Assembly (NCBI RefSeq): GCF_009914755.1 | Contig: NC_060930.1 | Direction: 5' to 3' (one strand) | Length of the DNA: 64,000 bases | Source of the DNA: the human T2T-CHM13v2.0 reference genome, Homo sapiens | Part shown: in pieces, positions 16,936 through 30,959 of the stretch | How the letters are laid out: every line of letters starts with the position of its first letter | Position numbering within the stretch: position 1 is the stretch's first letter | The notes under the pieces: model-generated | Databases searched by the model: none | Told to the model about the DNA's origin: nothing | What the model saw: only the letters and a program-made list of their open reading frames with translations | Translations under genes and position numbers: made by a program

Positions 16936-17254
16936 ATCTATGGTCTGAATGTTCATGGTCCTCAATGCAATAGTATTAAAGTGTGGGGCCTTTAGGAGGT
17001 ACCTAGGTCATGATGGCAGAGCCCTCATGAATGGGATTAGTGTCCTTAGAAAAGAGGCCCAGAGAACTGTCTCTTCCTTCTACCAAGTGAGAAGGCACCA
17101 TCTGTGAACTAGTGAGCCTTCAACAGACATCAAATCTGCTGGTGCATTGACTATAGTTCCCCAGCCTTTAGAACTGCAAGGAATAAATTTCTGTTATTTA
17201 TAAATTACCTAGTTTATGGTATTTTTGTCATAGGAGTTAGAATGGGCTAAGGTA
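16936..17254 (+). mobile_element. MLT1A-like MaLR solo LTR
   Basis: CTATGGTCTGAATGTT...GCCCTCATGAATGGGATTAGTG...AATAAATTTCTGTT. Confidence 0.85.
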
Positions 17255-17291
17255 ATATTTTAGATTAAAGGACCAAGGCTCTGCTTATGGA

Positions 17292-17641
17292 CCAGTGGTG
17301 TGCTGGTAAATGTTTTAACAACAGGCTGTTCTAAAAAAAAAGTAGGGAACTGATTTGTAGTGTTTGCCAATTTTCGTGCTATAAATACTATCACTATGGC
17401 CATTTCAAACTACCAATGCAATGTCACCGAAATACAGCTGGAAAGAGATGTACTGAGGGACACCATTATAAATATTTTCATCGCACAGGCATGACAGACG
17501 TGAATAACTTCAAGGGCATAGATCAAAGTAAATGTAGGAAATTAATTAGGAAGTGATGAGTTTTGCATATTTATTTTCTTTGCTTTAGTATTATTTATCT
17601 AATTAGAAGTTCATGTAATTTAACTTTTAATAACCACTATG
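17292..17641. mobile_element. MER63-like hAT DNA transposon, left part
   Basis: CCAGTGGTGTGCTGGTAAATGTTT...CTGATTTGTAGTGTTTGCCAATTT; split by the insertion at 17642-18866. Confidence 0.8.
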
Positions 17642-17642
17642 G

Positions 17643-18850
<1,208 letters not shown>

Positions 18851-18866
18851 GAGAGAGAGAACTGGG

Positions 18867-18962
18867 ATAACCACTATGTTTAACCACCAGCTTGCAAAAT
18901 TCCTGAAAATTTAACAACAGGTTTCCATAGACTGGTAAGAGCAGGCTCCAGAGCAGCACATG
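18867..18962. mobile_element. MER63-like hAT DNA transposon, right part
   Basis: TTTAACCACCAGCTTGCAAAATTCCTGAAAATTTAAC...GGCTCCAG continues the element after the TSD. Confidence 0.7.
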
Positions 18963-18977
18963 TTTTGTGTTTACTCC

Positions 18978-19144
18978 TTTGTTTTCGAAATATGGTCCTA
19001 CAGACTGACACTTCATCAACACCACCTAGAAATCTGTTATAAATGCAGAATCTCAAGTTCCATGCCAGATATACCTAATCAGATTCTTCATTTTAATAAT
19101 ATGTTCAGATAATTTCTACTCAAGTTACAGTTTTAGAAGTCCTG
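18978..19144. mobile_element. MER5-like hAT MITE
   Basis: CACCTAGAAATCTGTTATAAATGCAGAATCTC...CATTTTAATAA. Confidence 0.65.
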
Positions 19145-19694
19145 GAAATTTTACTCTAAGTCCATGCCAGGCTCAAGGATGGGACAGTTCTTGATTAACT
19201 GAAAAGTGTACTGCTAACACAAGTTTTCAAATTTGGAGGGATATATTTTTAAAGCCTGTAACTGAAAAACTCAATCAGATTTTAAATCTTGAAAGCTAGG
19301 GGGAACATGGAATTGGGACACAGGTTAAAGTAGTTGTCTATGTGTATAATCCACATGACTTTAGATATAACCCAATTAAAAATAAATACCTACTTAATTG
19401 TCACAGCCATAGGAAATGCCTAATGATATAACAAAGAGTGTGTGTGTTACGGCACTTATGTCTTCCATGATGAAAACATCTAATTTTAAGTTGGATGTCA
19501 ACAATCAAATTTTTCTTCCTAAAAGTAAGTATTTAAAATTCTATTCATAATGAACAGATCTGCACATGAAGAATGGAAACACTGGAAAAGACAAAAATGC
19601 AGAGATGGACTGAAAGTACTACTGAATGTAGCATTCCATAGACAGGCAAAGTAGGAGTTCTGAATTTTGCAGAGGATTTTGGAGAAAGGTGTTC

Positions 19695-20016
19695 CTCTCT
19701 TCTTTCTTTCTTTCTTTTTTTTTTTTTTTTTTGAAACGGGGTCTCGCTCTTGTCACCCAGGCTAGAGTGCAGTGGCGTGATGCCTCACTGCAACCTCTGC
19801 CTCCCCCAGGTTCAAGCAATTCTCCTGCCTCAGCCTCCCGAGAAGCTGGGATTACAGGTGCCTGCCACCACGCCCGGCTAATTTTTTTGTATTTTTAGTA
19901 GATACGGGATTTCTCCATGTTGGTCAGGCTGGTCTTGAACTCCCAACCTCAGGGGATCCGCCTGCCTCGGCCTCCCAAGTGCTGGGATTACAGGCGTAAG
20001 CCACCACACCCAGCCC
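19695..20016 (-). mobile_element. Alu (AluS)
   Basis: Full dimer; TSD GAAAGGTGTTC/GAAAGCTGTTC. Confidence 0.95.
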
Positions 20017-20029
20017 GAAAGCTGTTCTT

Positions 20030-21075
20030 AACAATTTCAATAATCAGATGGATAACTTTAGGTGGATATCAATCTGCATATTCCTCCACCCGCTCAGTGC
20101 TTGATTTTCGATGACCTCGGAACAGAGAGACCGTGATGACAGAGATGAAGCTTCTCTATGAGCAGAACAACCGAGGCTTTCCCTTCAAATAGGCTGTTGT
20201 GGCTACTGATTATTGCTGAGTACCCAGCCTCCCCAAAATAGAGAGTAAGGCTGGATCCTCAATGTGGCACTGAAGCCTGGGTGATCCAGCCCGAGACGTG
20301 GTGGCTGAGAGGTTACACCAAACTGCTTCCATCATGGTGGGTATAGAGCCACCTTCACTGGATAAGGTATGCATTCTGCATATAAATTTACCTTCCCTGA
20401 CTGTGACATTTTTGCCAGTATGACTGTCCATGAACTCACAAAATGCACCATCTACAGTCATGATATCCTGCTCAGCATTGCTTCTTCTTCTTCGTATTTT
20501 TTTTTTTTTTTTGAGACAGAGTTTCACTCTTGTTGCCCAGGACAGAGTGCAGTGGGGTGATCTTGGCTCACTCCAGCCTCCGTCTCCCAGGTTCAAACGA
20601 TTCTCCTGCCTCAGCCTCCTGAGTAGTTGGGATTACAGGTGCCCACCTCCACACCCGGCTAATTTTGTATTTTTAGTAGACACGGGGTTTCACCATGTTG
20701 GCCAGGCTGGTCATCAGCTCCTGACCTCACGTGATCCACCTGCCTTGGCCTCCCAGAGTGCTGGGATTACAGGCCTGAGCCACCACGCCTCTGATCAAGG
20801 AACTCATTTCATAGCGAAGGAAGTGCAGCAGTGCCTCATGCCCACGGAATTCACTGGTCTTCAGACATACACTGTCAACTGGTCTACTGGAAAGGTGGAA
20901 TGGCTTCCTGAGGTCTCAGTGACAATGCTACTTAGAAGACTACACCTTGAGAGGAGGGGCTTTTATCTTATAGGACACAGTATATTCTTTGAATCAGCAC
21001 TATGGGATGTTTTCTCCCCCTTAGTCATAAGACCTGGGTCTGGGAATCAAGAAGTAGAAGCTGGGTGGCTGTAAT
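20030..21075 (+). mobile_element. degraded ERVL internal region, pol integrase remnant
   Basis: [14 protein letters not shown] and GSGNQEVE in ORF 20430..21074; upstream GGTGATCCAGCCCGAGACGTGGTGG resembles ERVL GDQPATWW; frameshifted and Alu-interrupted. Confidence 0.8.
20497..20790 (-). mobile_element. Alu (AluSq-like) inside the ERVL integrase
   Basis: GAGTTTCACTCTTGTTGCCCAGG...GTGCTGGGATTACAGGC. Confidence 0.95.
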
Positions 21076-21127
21076 ATCATTGAAGTCAATATAGGTATGT
21101 AGATATGACAGATATAAAGGAGGAGCT

Positions 21128-22107
21128 TATGCCAGTTATTAATTTATTGCCTCTCAGCTCCCAACTCACCCTGGTTTGCCTTGCTTTGTGATGTTGCAAC
21201 TACACCCTGAAGATTGCATGTGCCTGCACCAGCTGGCTTGAGGTTAGGCTCTCCTGAGAAGACACTGGAGCACTGGAAGAGGAGGGAGGGATTTTTCAGC
21301 TCCTGTATTCTGTTTCCCATGGAACATTAAGGACGTTGGCATGAAGGGAACACAGCAGCACACCTCTTAGCTGCAGTGCCCTCTGTGGTTTACTCAAGAC
21401 ACCCCCTGGCACATATGTTCATCACCACTGCAGTGAACTGCTTCTGTGCTTCATGAGCAGCATCCTCTACCAAGGTTCTTGGTCACTAAAACGACAAGAT
21501 ATTCTCGTGGTTCCACCATGAGTGGTTCCATTACGTTTCTCCATGACCCACTGGTGGCAGCATGTGGCACTCATGCCATCTCCTCCAAGGTTTAAATCTC
21601 AGACTTGCAGCCTCCTCAATATTTCTTTTTTTTTCTTTCCTGTTTCTTTTTCTTTTTTTGAGAAGGAGTCTTGTGCTGTCTCCCGGGCTGGAGCGCAACG
21701 GCGCAATCTCAGCTCACTGAAACCTCCACCTCCCAGGTTCATGCAATTCTCCTGCCTCAGCCTCCTGAGTAGCTGGGATTATGGGTGCACACCACCATGC
21801 CCAGCTAATTTTTTTTTTAAATATTTTTAGTAGAGATGGGGATTTCACTAGGTTGGCCAGGCTGTTCTTAAACTCGTGATCCTCCCGCCTCGGCCTCCCG
21901 AAGTGCTAGGATTATAGGCCTGATCCACCTCGCCCAGCCCTTCTTCGATATTTCTAAGTTTCTTCCTTGTTCATCATTCCCTCGGCCCTGGGAAGATTTG
22001 CTGGTCTGTGGCTGCTCCCTCTGTATCCCTTGCAATCAGGTTTTACCTCTTAGATATTCTTTCCATTTTCCCTTTTCAAATTCTTCTGACTGGATCCTGA
22101 CTGGTAA
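21128..22107 (+). mobile_element. LTR33-like ERVL LTR, interrupted by an Alu
   Basis: CCAGTTATTAATTTATTGCCTCTCAGCTCC...CCAGCTGGC...GTTAGGCTCT start; CTGACTGGATCCTGACTGGTA end. Confidence 0.65.
21627..21939 (-). mobile_element. Alu (old AluS/J)
   Basis: Alu dimer; TSD-like CTCCTCAATATTTCT/CTTCTTCGATATTTCT. Confidence 0.93.
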
Positions 22108-22344
22108 ATATAACTTGCTTCTTAAAAAGTTTTTCTTGGGTGTGAACTTCTCACAATAGCCTCTGTAATTTATTAAAATACTTATTAAGTTAAAGCTTAG
22201 AATTAAATGGAGTTCTCATGCTACCGTATGGGTTTTAAACTAATCCTTTTGTGGAACTGAAGAACTCTTCTGTGTATTGTTATATGTACACACTCATTCT
22301 CTGGGACTTTTTACTGTCATTATTGTTTTAAATGTTTTACCACA

Positions 22345-22799
22345 GTACCAAAGTTTTCTAGGTTTGCTCTAACGACAATTGACTACAACTGGGTGGCATA
22401 AACAATAGGAATTTAGTCTCTCATAGTTCTTGATTTCACATTTGTAGTGTTAAATGCATAGGGGAAACCCTGAGAAACCTGTAGGGGAATCCTTTCTTGC
22501 AGCCTCTGAACTTCTAATGGATTGCTGGAGGTTTTTGGCATTCCTTGGCTTGTGGCAGCCTCTCTCCACTCAGCCTTCATTATTATATGGCCTTCCCCCA
22601 TGTGCCTCTGTCTTCAGGTAGCCATCTTGTTACAAGGACATCAGTTGTTTAGGTTAGGGCCCATTTTAGTCCAGTACGATCTCATCTTAACTAATTACTT
22701 CTGTAACTACTCTGCTTCCAAAGCACGTCACATTCTGAGGTACCAGGGGTTAGAACCTCAGCGTATCTTTTTGAGTGAGATATATTTCAGCCCAAAACA
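22345..22799 (-). mobile_element. MLT1C-like MaLR solo LTR
   Basis: CTGGGTGGCATAAACAATAGGAATTT...GGCATTCCTTGGCTTGTGG...GTCACATTCTGAGGTAC. Confidence 0.8.
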
Positions 22800-24538
22800 C
22801 TTTCCAATAATGAAATATTAGCCATTAAATTTTTTGACATGTAAGTATCCTCCTGAAATACTACCAGGCAAGAAACTAGGTTATTAAATAGGCTTTATCC
22901 CATTTTTCTAAAAGAAAATACATGTTTTATAATTAGAAAATATATATTAGTTTATCTACTTAAAATGATAACAATAGTTATCTCTGCATTAAAGAATAGT
23001 GGGATTATAAAAAATTTACCTATTTATATTTTATAATTTTTCCCCAGTGAGTTTGTATGAATTCTGTGATAACAGTTTTTTAAATTTAAAATTGCTAACG
23101 ATGTTGTTATAGATAATGCATTTGTGGGAAAGCCTACTTTCCAGTTTTTAAAAACGTTTTGCATTTCTAAAAATCCAATGTTTTAGACAAGGTATTGGTG
23201 GCAATAAGTAGTGGTAGAATGGGAAAGGAAATTCTGGCTTGATTGCAGACTTGAGTGTTCGAATCAGGCTCTGGGATAACTGATTGGGTTGTAGAGATGA
23301 ACAATTGTCTAGAATTGTGGTAGGGGTTGGGGGAGTCAGGGTGAGATTTTTTTCTTGTTCTACATGACTCAAAAATTAAGCTTTGACACAAATACACAAA
23401 TATGGGTGTGGCCAACTTGCTGTTGTCTGTGCTAAAATTGTTTCAGAGTGACCAAATTAAACTTAAAGGATTAGACATGAAGAAGTCGCTGCAATCTGTC
23501 TCTTGTAAATGATGCTAAACCATAAATAAAGTCTATGCACTTATGTCTCTCTCTTGCAGTATTTCCAGAAAAAAGTTATTTGCGGAGTTGTTCCAAAGTG
23601 ATATGAGAGTCATGGCCAATGCAGGCGTTTACTTTTCGATTTCTGGATTCTACATCTCTGTGGCTTCTGATTTGAATTTCTATCCCTCTAAATGATTCCC
23701 TCTAAATAAAGGAAGGCTTAGTGAAGAGGTATTTTGGTTGTAAGGCAGGATAAAACACTACAACTCTAAGCATAAAAGTCAATACAAATAATATTAATCC
23801 CTGTATCTGGCATATTTGGCAAGAGTTCACTGAGAATTAACATAGGTAGTTTTCAGACATCAAAAAAGGGCCCTTAGATAGTTTTTTTTAATACTTCAGC
23901 ATAAGGAAAGCATAGTTATGGAGTTTGGCTAAAGACTAAAATAAGTTGGGCAAGTAAATATCTGGGCCACTTCCCCAAATTTACTTGGTATGGTCCATAT
24001 AACTTCTGGATACTTTCTAGGGAAATTTCAGGGGACATTCCTTAACTGCTTTTGGTATTCCTTTATGAAGAGTTGAAGCTTAAGATGTCAGGAAATAAAG
24101 TAGTGAGTTAAAGTTGGTTTACCTAGATGGTATCTACCCAGTTCATTTCTCTCTGGAGACTCAACTCTCTCACCCACCACACGTCACAGGTCAAGTCTTA
24201 TCACTTAGTAGCCAGTTTAATGATATGTCACTTTGCTCCCTTGGCCATAGATACTCGGACTAAGGTTGAATACTTGATCCAAACTGGGCATAGTCTATTT
24301 GGCAGTCAACTTGGATTGCTCAGTAAGAGATTGTAGTCTTTGCTTTGCTGGTCTCTATCTACAAAACCTTGAGATCATTTCAGAAACGTTTGTCACTATA
24401 TAGCAGTGTAAAAATGAGCAGAATTCCATGAAATCAACTCAAATACAATCAATTTATTTTACATGGATTTCTTCAGACAATTAATTAAGTACACAGAGGG
24501 TTACCAGAAATTTTGTATATTTTCCTAGCACCTTTATA

Positions 24539-24601
24539 TTAGGTTGGTGCAAAAGTAGCTGTGGTTTTTGCCATTAAAAAGGGTAAAAAATGCAGACTTT
24601 T
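24539..24601. mobile_element. MADE1 mariner MITE, right arm degraded
   Basis: TTAGGTTGGTGCAAAAGTAGCTGTGGTTTTTGCCATTA. Confidence 0.85.
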
Positions 24602-24804
24602 ATCATTCAGGGACTTCCAAAAACTTGTGCATTTCAGCTCCAGTCAAGTTGAAATGTCATCTCTTCTCTTCCCTGTGGTTGGCCCAAAGTTCATTGCAGG
24701 CTACATTGTTGTCTGCTCTGCTCATTGTCCGTCTGAGGTCTGCTTATTGAAACTTTCTCCGTTGTCACCATCTCAGAATTGAATTTTTTTTGCTGGTGTT
24801 TTCC

Positions 24805-24935
24805 ATTCTTCGTTTAGCAAATGTGTATTAAGTACCTGCTTTCTGCTAGAAGCTGGATACAGAACTGGCAAGCTGTAGTGACAGGACAATCTTCTGTTCT
24901 CACTGAGCTCACATCTTGGAGAACAGAAACATTAA
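24805..24935 (-). mobile_element. L2 fragment
   Basis: TTTAGCAAATGTGTATTAAGTACCTGC...TGTTCTCACTGAGCTCACATC. Confidence 0.55.
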
Positions 24936-24949
24936 TAAAATATGTATGT

Positions 24950-25157
24950 ATTTTTTCAAATTGAAAAACACAAACCCTATATATTTATAATGGACAACAG
25001 GATGTTTTGAAGTAATTATATGTTGGAGAATGGCTAAATCAAGCTAATTAACATATGCATTACTTCACATATTTATTTTCGTGTGTTTGGTGAGAACACT
25101 TAAAATCTACCCTCTTAGCAATTTTCAAGCTTACAATACATTGTTATTAATTATAGC
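24950..25157 (-). mobile_element. L1MA8/9-like 3' end
   Basis: GGCTAAATCAAGCTAATTAACATATGCATTAC...GGTGAGAACACTTAAAATCTAC. Confidence 0.8.
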
Positions 25158-25169
25158 AGCAAGAATCTA

Positions 25170-25500
25170 AATCAGTTTGTTTAACAAATTTAGTAAATAC
25201 TTATTATTTCCTATGTATTCCTCACTGTTCTAGATGTCAATAATAAAGTGTGAAAAAAATGATAAAATACCTGTTCTCAAGGAGGTTACTTTGTAGTTGA
25301 TATAAAATTATAAACACTGATACAAATGCAAAGAAATATTACAGAGTTCAATTGTGACATATACCAGGGAGACATAATCTGAACGAGCAGTTTGAGACGA
25401 TCTCCTGAGTTGTGATGTCTAAGCTGAACCCTGAAAGCTCAATTAGGCAAAGAGGATGAGCAGTGGAAAATATTTCAAGTAGGGAAAAAACATTAAGAAT
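25170..25500 (-). mobile_element. L2 fragment
   Basis: TAGTAAATACTTATT...CCTGTTCTCAAGGAG...AAGCTGAACCCTGAA. Confidence 0.5.
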
Positions 25501-26634
25501 CTGAGCTAGTTACCAAGTAATCATGAGAAAAGTGCTGAAATATGAAAATTCAAAGGTAATTAAAAGTACTAGCAATTAGTCCTAAATCCCTGATCAATTA
25601 AAATTAATTAAGTGACCATAGAGCTAGTTTCTCTTGAGACTATTTCCAACATTCAATTTATGTTAAAAATATTTTATTTATATTATTAAAAATATATATT
25701 ATTCATGCTGTATTTGAAAGTGAATATTCATTAGGGAATTCTTATCAAGGATAGGAAACTATAGAAGATTAGATTTAGGATAAACTCAGTTATGTAGAAA
25801 TATGTTAAAATTGGATTGCCAAGACGCAAGCACAAATTCATAGTCTATATAGTTTTGAAGTTAGTGTATTTAAGATATATGTGCACTATTGACTTTTTTT
25901 TCTTTTTTACAAAAGAAAATAACAGCATCAAAAGATTTCTTTTTTCTATTGTTGAGCTTAAATGATGATTGCAGGTTAGAAAATCAGAAAGTTATATTCT
26001 AAGTCTGTGACTTTATTTTGTTGAAAACATAAAGATTCATATGAATTTTCATGGTATAAATGATTATGAAGTGAAATAAATTTTCTAGTATTATGATTAT
26101 TCTTGAGGATAATATAAAATATAATAGTCTAATATAAAATATTCATAATGCATTATAGATATGAGATTTAATAGAATTAGCCGAGTAATGAGGACACTAA
26201 CAATTGTTAGATTAAAATGTGTTTGATTATCCCCTCTCTGTTTATGTATCCTAACTTCTTAGTTTATATTACTTTCACTATAGTAATTTGTTCTTCCCTA
26301 ACTACACATGTTCATTTTTTTCTTCTAAAAAAATCCAATGGCCTAGGATAAAACAAGGAATACTTACAATACAGATATAATAATTGATAGGGTGGAAAGT
26401 AAAATTTTCACCAAGGACAGTGTAGAAGATGACTTGTTAATGAGGTTTCACAATGCACTAAACATCCTGTCCATAGGTAGGTTTGTGACTTGGGTGCATT
26501 CAATCCTATTTCTTCACCTCCTTTTCCAGGCTGCCCCAGGTGATTGTTGTCATTCAAACAAGTTCAGCCAAGGTTATCACTACATGTGTAGATGTGGAGT
26601 GAGAAAGGGTCATTTTTTTTTTTCTCTGTAGGTA

Positions 26635-26905
26635 TCAGAAGCCTAGAGCTTCTCTTGACCATTTTTTTTTCTACTACATGGAGTACGTCTGCCTAAGAAT
26701 AAGGTAATCACAAAAGAAGGCAGAGCTGAGTAGTGAAGAACGGTATAGAGGCTGCAAGACTACATTTGAGCACTTGAAGCAGGAAGAGTTCAAAGTCAAT
26801 TATGTAACTCTGGACTTGTCAGTTCTATCAGCCAACACGAATGTATGTATTACGTGTTTGTGCTTAATGCAGTTTAGATTGGGCTTCTGATAATTAAAAC
26901 CAAGC
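26635..26905 (+). mobile_element. old MLT1 (J/K-like) LTR fragment
   Basis: GGCAGAGCTGAG...CATTTGAGCACTTG...CTGGACTTGTCAGTT...GCTTAATGCAGTTTAGATTGGG. Confidence 0.5.
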
Positions 26906-26919
26906 TGAAGAGATGTGAC

Positions 26920-27620
26920 AGGTGATACCCATCAAATTTTACAGAAACAGATAATTTATATGTTATTTAAGCTCCCTGGGGACATAGATGTCTTCCTAAT
27001 CCAACTTGACAGCAAAACTTCTGTAGTTTTCTCCAAACATACACTATATTACAGAGATATTCCACTTATAACTATAGACAAAAATATTAAACATGAGTAA
27101 ATAAAGCCAAATACCGCAAAAATAATTGAATAGCGCTAATGATTTTTTTTAAGGAATTCATCAATAGGAATCGTATTAACATAGTTTTTCATATTCATAT
27201 CCAAGGGAGAATTTTGATCATCTTGATAAATATCGTTATAAAAAATGCAACTTCATTCTAGATTATAAAATAGAATGAAAAGATTTTCATTTTATAAGAA
27301 ATATCTTGAATTAATAGCTAGCTTTATATTACATTTTTAAAATTAGAAACATCTACAATCTATTTTGGAACAAGAAATTGTTTTATAAGTTATAGCACAT
27401 TGAATTAGACACAAAACCATAAATAGTAGTTATGTTATTTTCAGACCACATCATTACATAGATGAAAAGTATAAAATGGCCAAATCAAATAATATTTGTT
27501 TGATTGAAAAGGAAATACATAAATGAAAATAGTCATCATTAAATAGTAAAAAAGTAGAATAAAAAAGATACAGCATTCACAATAAAATCTACTTCATAAA
27601 TTTCTCAGGAATAAGATTTT
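26920..27620 (+). mobile_element. ancient L1M ORF2 fragment
   Basis: Degraded A-rich L1-like sequence. Confidence 0.4.
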
Positions 27621-27724
27621 AAAAAATTTTCTGCTAGGTTGAATATTTCTACCTTATATTAAACTCCTTTATAGAGCTTTCATCCCTAAACACAGATCAT
27701 GTTAGACTAATTTTACTAATGATT

Positions 27725-28160
27725 TATGTTGATGGCCTCCCTGTATTCCATTGTATTCTGCACTATAACTTAGCAGTCCTCTTCCACCTTGACTTGGCTC
27801 AGTCATGTGTCTTGCTTGGGCCAAGAAGAAGTGAGCCAGTGTGATATAACATAGACTTGAGGGATTCTTACACATTAGGACTTATCCTTTTGTGCTTGCT
27901 CTCTTTCTTCTCTTTGGTTCCAACCAAAGCCATCCTAGGCTATTCTAGGACCACCAGACCCCCAGTACATGAAAGAACTCACCCAGGATCCTCGAGTTTT
28001 CCACCCACCTTGAAGCTAGCTGTAGGTATGTGACTGAGCTCAGCAGTGATCAGAAAGCACTCTAACTGACTTTCAGGCTCCTAAACAAGACTAAATTCTT
28101 AGTGTTTGGGTCACTGAGCTTTGTGGGGTTTTCTTATACAGCAAGGGTTAATTTAAACAC
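27725..28160 (+). mobile_element. MLT1G/H-like LTR
   Basis: GGCTCAGTCATGTGTCTTGCTTGGGCCAA...CACTGAGCTTTGTGGGGTTTTCTTATACAGCA. Confidence 0.55.
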
Positions 28161-30244
28161 AAATAAATAGATTAGAAAAGACAAACCTTGGGGTCTTTAG
28201 AGGAAAAGAGTGATTCTTTAATACATGGTAACTGGGTAACGTTTTTGAAAATAAATTGGCAAGCTAATCAAGTTAGAAACGCACCTCCCATCTTAAGCCA
28301 TACTGAATTTGAGATGAATAAAAATATTGGAAATAGAAAGAATGTTCATTGTAAGCATCACCTTACATAGAAATTTTAATTAAAATATTATATTTCATTA
28401 AGTAATGAAATAAAAAATCTTTTGCTCCATGAAATTCTCCTTAGGAAAAAACTTACCTGTGTTTTGGAGGATGCTCTGTGTAAAGCACTTTATCCGCTAG
28501 ACCTGAATGTTCACCCTGGCAAACACACTCCTAAGAATGAAGGAACTTGCCTTGCAGTAGTGTAGATAGCCTGAAAGATTACACAACACGTGTTGATTGA
28601 TTAGTTTTGGATGGTACAATTAAGATTTAATTTACTTTTCTTTACATGGCTTTGTGCATTTCTTGCTTTTTTTCTGTATCCTCTATTTTTTGAAAAATAC
28701 CACTTTCATAATCATGCAGTTCTAAATATTTTGTACTGTGTATTATTATTTTCTCCTTAACCCACAAGTTATTTGTGAGTGAATTCTTTTTTTAGGTTCT
28801 TAACTTATTTTTTTTGATAGGAAGAGCTTATTGACTTGTAATTTTTTTAGAATGGGTTAACGAACAATATATGTGATAATAACTTTGGGCCTCATTGAGA
28901 CATCATGTAGTTGATTTAAAGCACATTATTGCTATTTTTTTTTTTTTTTTTGGAAAGAGGGGTTATATAGGAGACTAGATCTCTGTTAGCTCAAACTTAT
29001 TAATCGCGTTCCTCAAATCTTCCTTACCTTCTCTATTTTTGTCTGCTTGGTCCAGGAGTTTCTGAGAGCCGTGTGCCAATACATCCTGATAATGATTTTG
29101 GAGGTGTCAAACTCCCATTAAAGTTTTATCTATTTTAACTATGTTTTTAGGGACATATGGATAATTGTTATATAGTCAACTTTCTCAGTAACTATGCAAC
29201 ACGTCCTCCTCTTTCCTCAACTCTTCAATATCCACTTCCTTATTCTCAGCTGATAGCTTACTGAGAAAATAGAGACAACCAGAAGAGGCTTTCCACATTC
29301 TTTCTCCATCAAATCTGCCAAACTCGTGCTACCTGATATCCTTCTTGTCACAATGAGTGATTGCCCATCTCTTCAAGAGCATAGTCATCCTTCTAGAGAA
29401 CACAAAGATTTGCCCCTGCAATTGTCTCTTTCCTTCATCATTAATTTCTTCCTGTAGTTCTATTTTCTTTACAACCTCCCATCTCCTGTTATTCTTCACA
29501 TAAATTACCTTCATTCAAATGAAACCAGCATGGCAGCCCCTCCTTTCTTGACCACATTGTATGAGATATCATGGGATCTTCCTCGGATTAGCCTTTTGCT
29601 GATTCCAAGTGCTGGGGTAGTTTGAATTCTATTTTATTGGACGGGGGTAAAGGGTAAAAATGCATCTGGTTTTTCACTTCCAGTTATTCCATGGCAGTGA
29701 TCCTTCCTAAAACACACAAAGGTAAACATACTTTGTCAATACAAGAATTAATTCTGTTTCTGCTGCTGGAGACTGCTGGTTTACGTGACGGATGCACATT
29801 CTTTCTGCGAATATAACTTCCTTGCAAAAATGATGTAGTTGACCCTGCTATGTAAATACACATTCTTTCTTGGCCTGATTTTTATTATAAAGGCTTATCA
29901 TCTTAATTAACAAAGACACAACTGCCATGAAGGAAAGTGTTCTATTTCTATCCTAATAGAAGGGTAGGGTATGTATATGTGGGACTGGGAGCTGGGTGAA
30001 GAAAACTGGAGTTGAGGAATGTTCAGCTTACTTTGTCCTAACAGTAGGCTTATAAATCTATTTCTAAAGGATTCAAGCTGCTTTTATAGTCTTACAGAAG
30101 CTGCTCTTCACCTCATCTGTTTTGAAGACCATGGCCACTGTTGATTTCTCCTCTCTCATGATTATAAAGAAATGGAAGACTTACTAATCTGATGGGTTTT
30201 TGGGGTTCACCCAGTTCTCCTAGAAATCCTGGTTGGATATAATG

Positions 30245-30470
30245 ACGGAATTTCAGGTCATGCAGAACTGGATACAAAATTTTATTTCTCCACTTACTGT
30301 CTGTGTGATTTGAGCAAAGTTATTTAGTCTCTGTCTCTGTTTATGAAAACAGGAAAATCTCATGGCTTGTGGGAGAATGATATTCTACAGGGTTTTTGTT
30401 AGGGATTGCATGAAATAACAGACATAAAGTGCCTAGCACAGTGCTTGTCATGTATTAAGTACCCTATAGA
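30245..30470 (+). mobile_element. MIR SINE
   Basis: CCACTTACTGTCTGTGTGATTTGAGCAAAGTTATTT...TAAAGTGCCTAGCACAGTGC. Confidence 0.75.
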
Positions 30471-30959
30471 TGTTTCATTTTCTCCTGCTGAGTATCTGTA
30501 GACACTGGAGCCCTCCACCTGCAGAATTGTGTTAAGATTCCATTCAGGGGACTTGAAAAGTATCTTAGCTTTTTCTATTTTTATTGTCCCCCCCACCCCC
30601 CTTGATATTCATGTCCCCTTTCACAAGTGATACAGTCAAGCCACACTTTTGTACAGCATATATAAAGTCTGTAACTTTACCCCAGTCCTTAAGTTAGTGG
30701 GGTGGGAAATATGTTGGACACCCCAGCCAGTGCTTAGGGGATGTCTTTAAGACACTCACTTGAGTAGGACAACCGTCAAGATTGCACTAGGAGAGGAAGT
30801 TCTGTTTTGCATTTCCCTCAAGCAGACTCTGCCGTGGTCTCATTTGTACATGATCTATATCCAAATTGGAACAGAGTACCTTTCCAGAAAATCCTTTTTT
30901 CCCCTTTCTTTTAGAAAGGCTCGTTTATCCCAAATCGCATCCCACATGCTTAGGAAACA

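Noticed and set aside
20430-21074. 214-aa ORF
   Set aside because: Chance read-through of an antisense Alu and frameshifted ERVL integrase
23205-23275. tRNA-like B box GTTCGAATC
   Set aside because: No cloverleaf; better explained as a degraded MIR head
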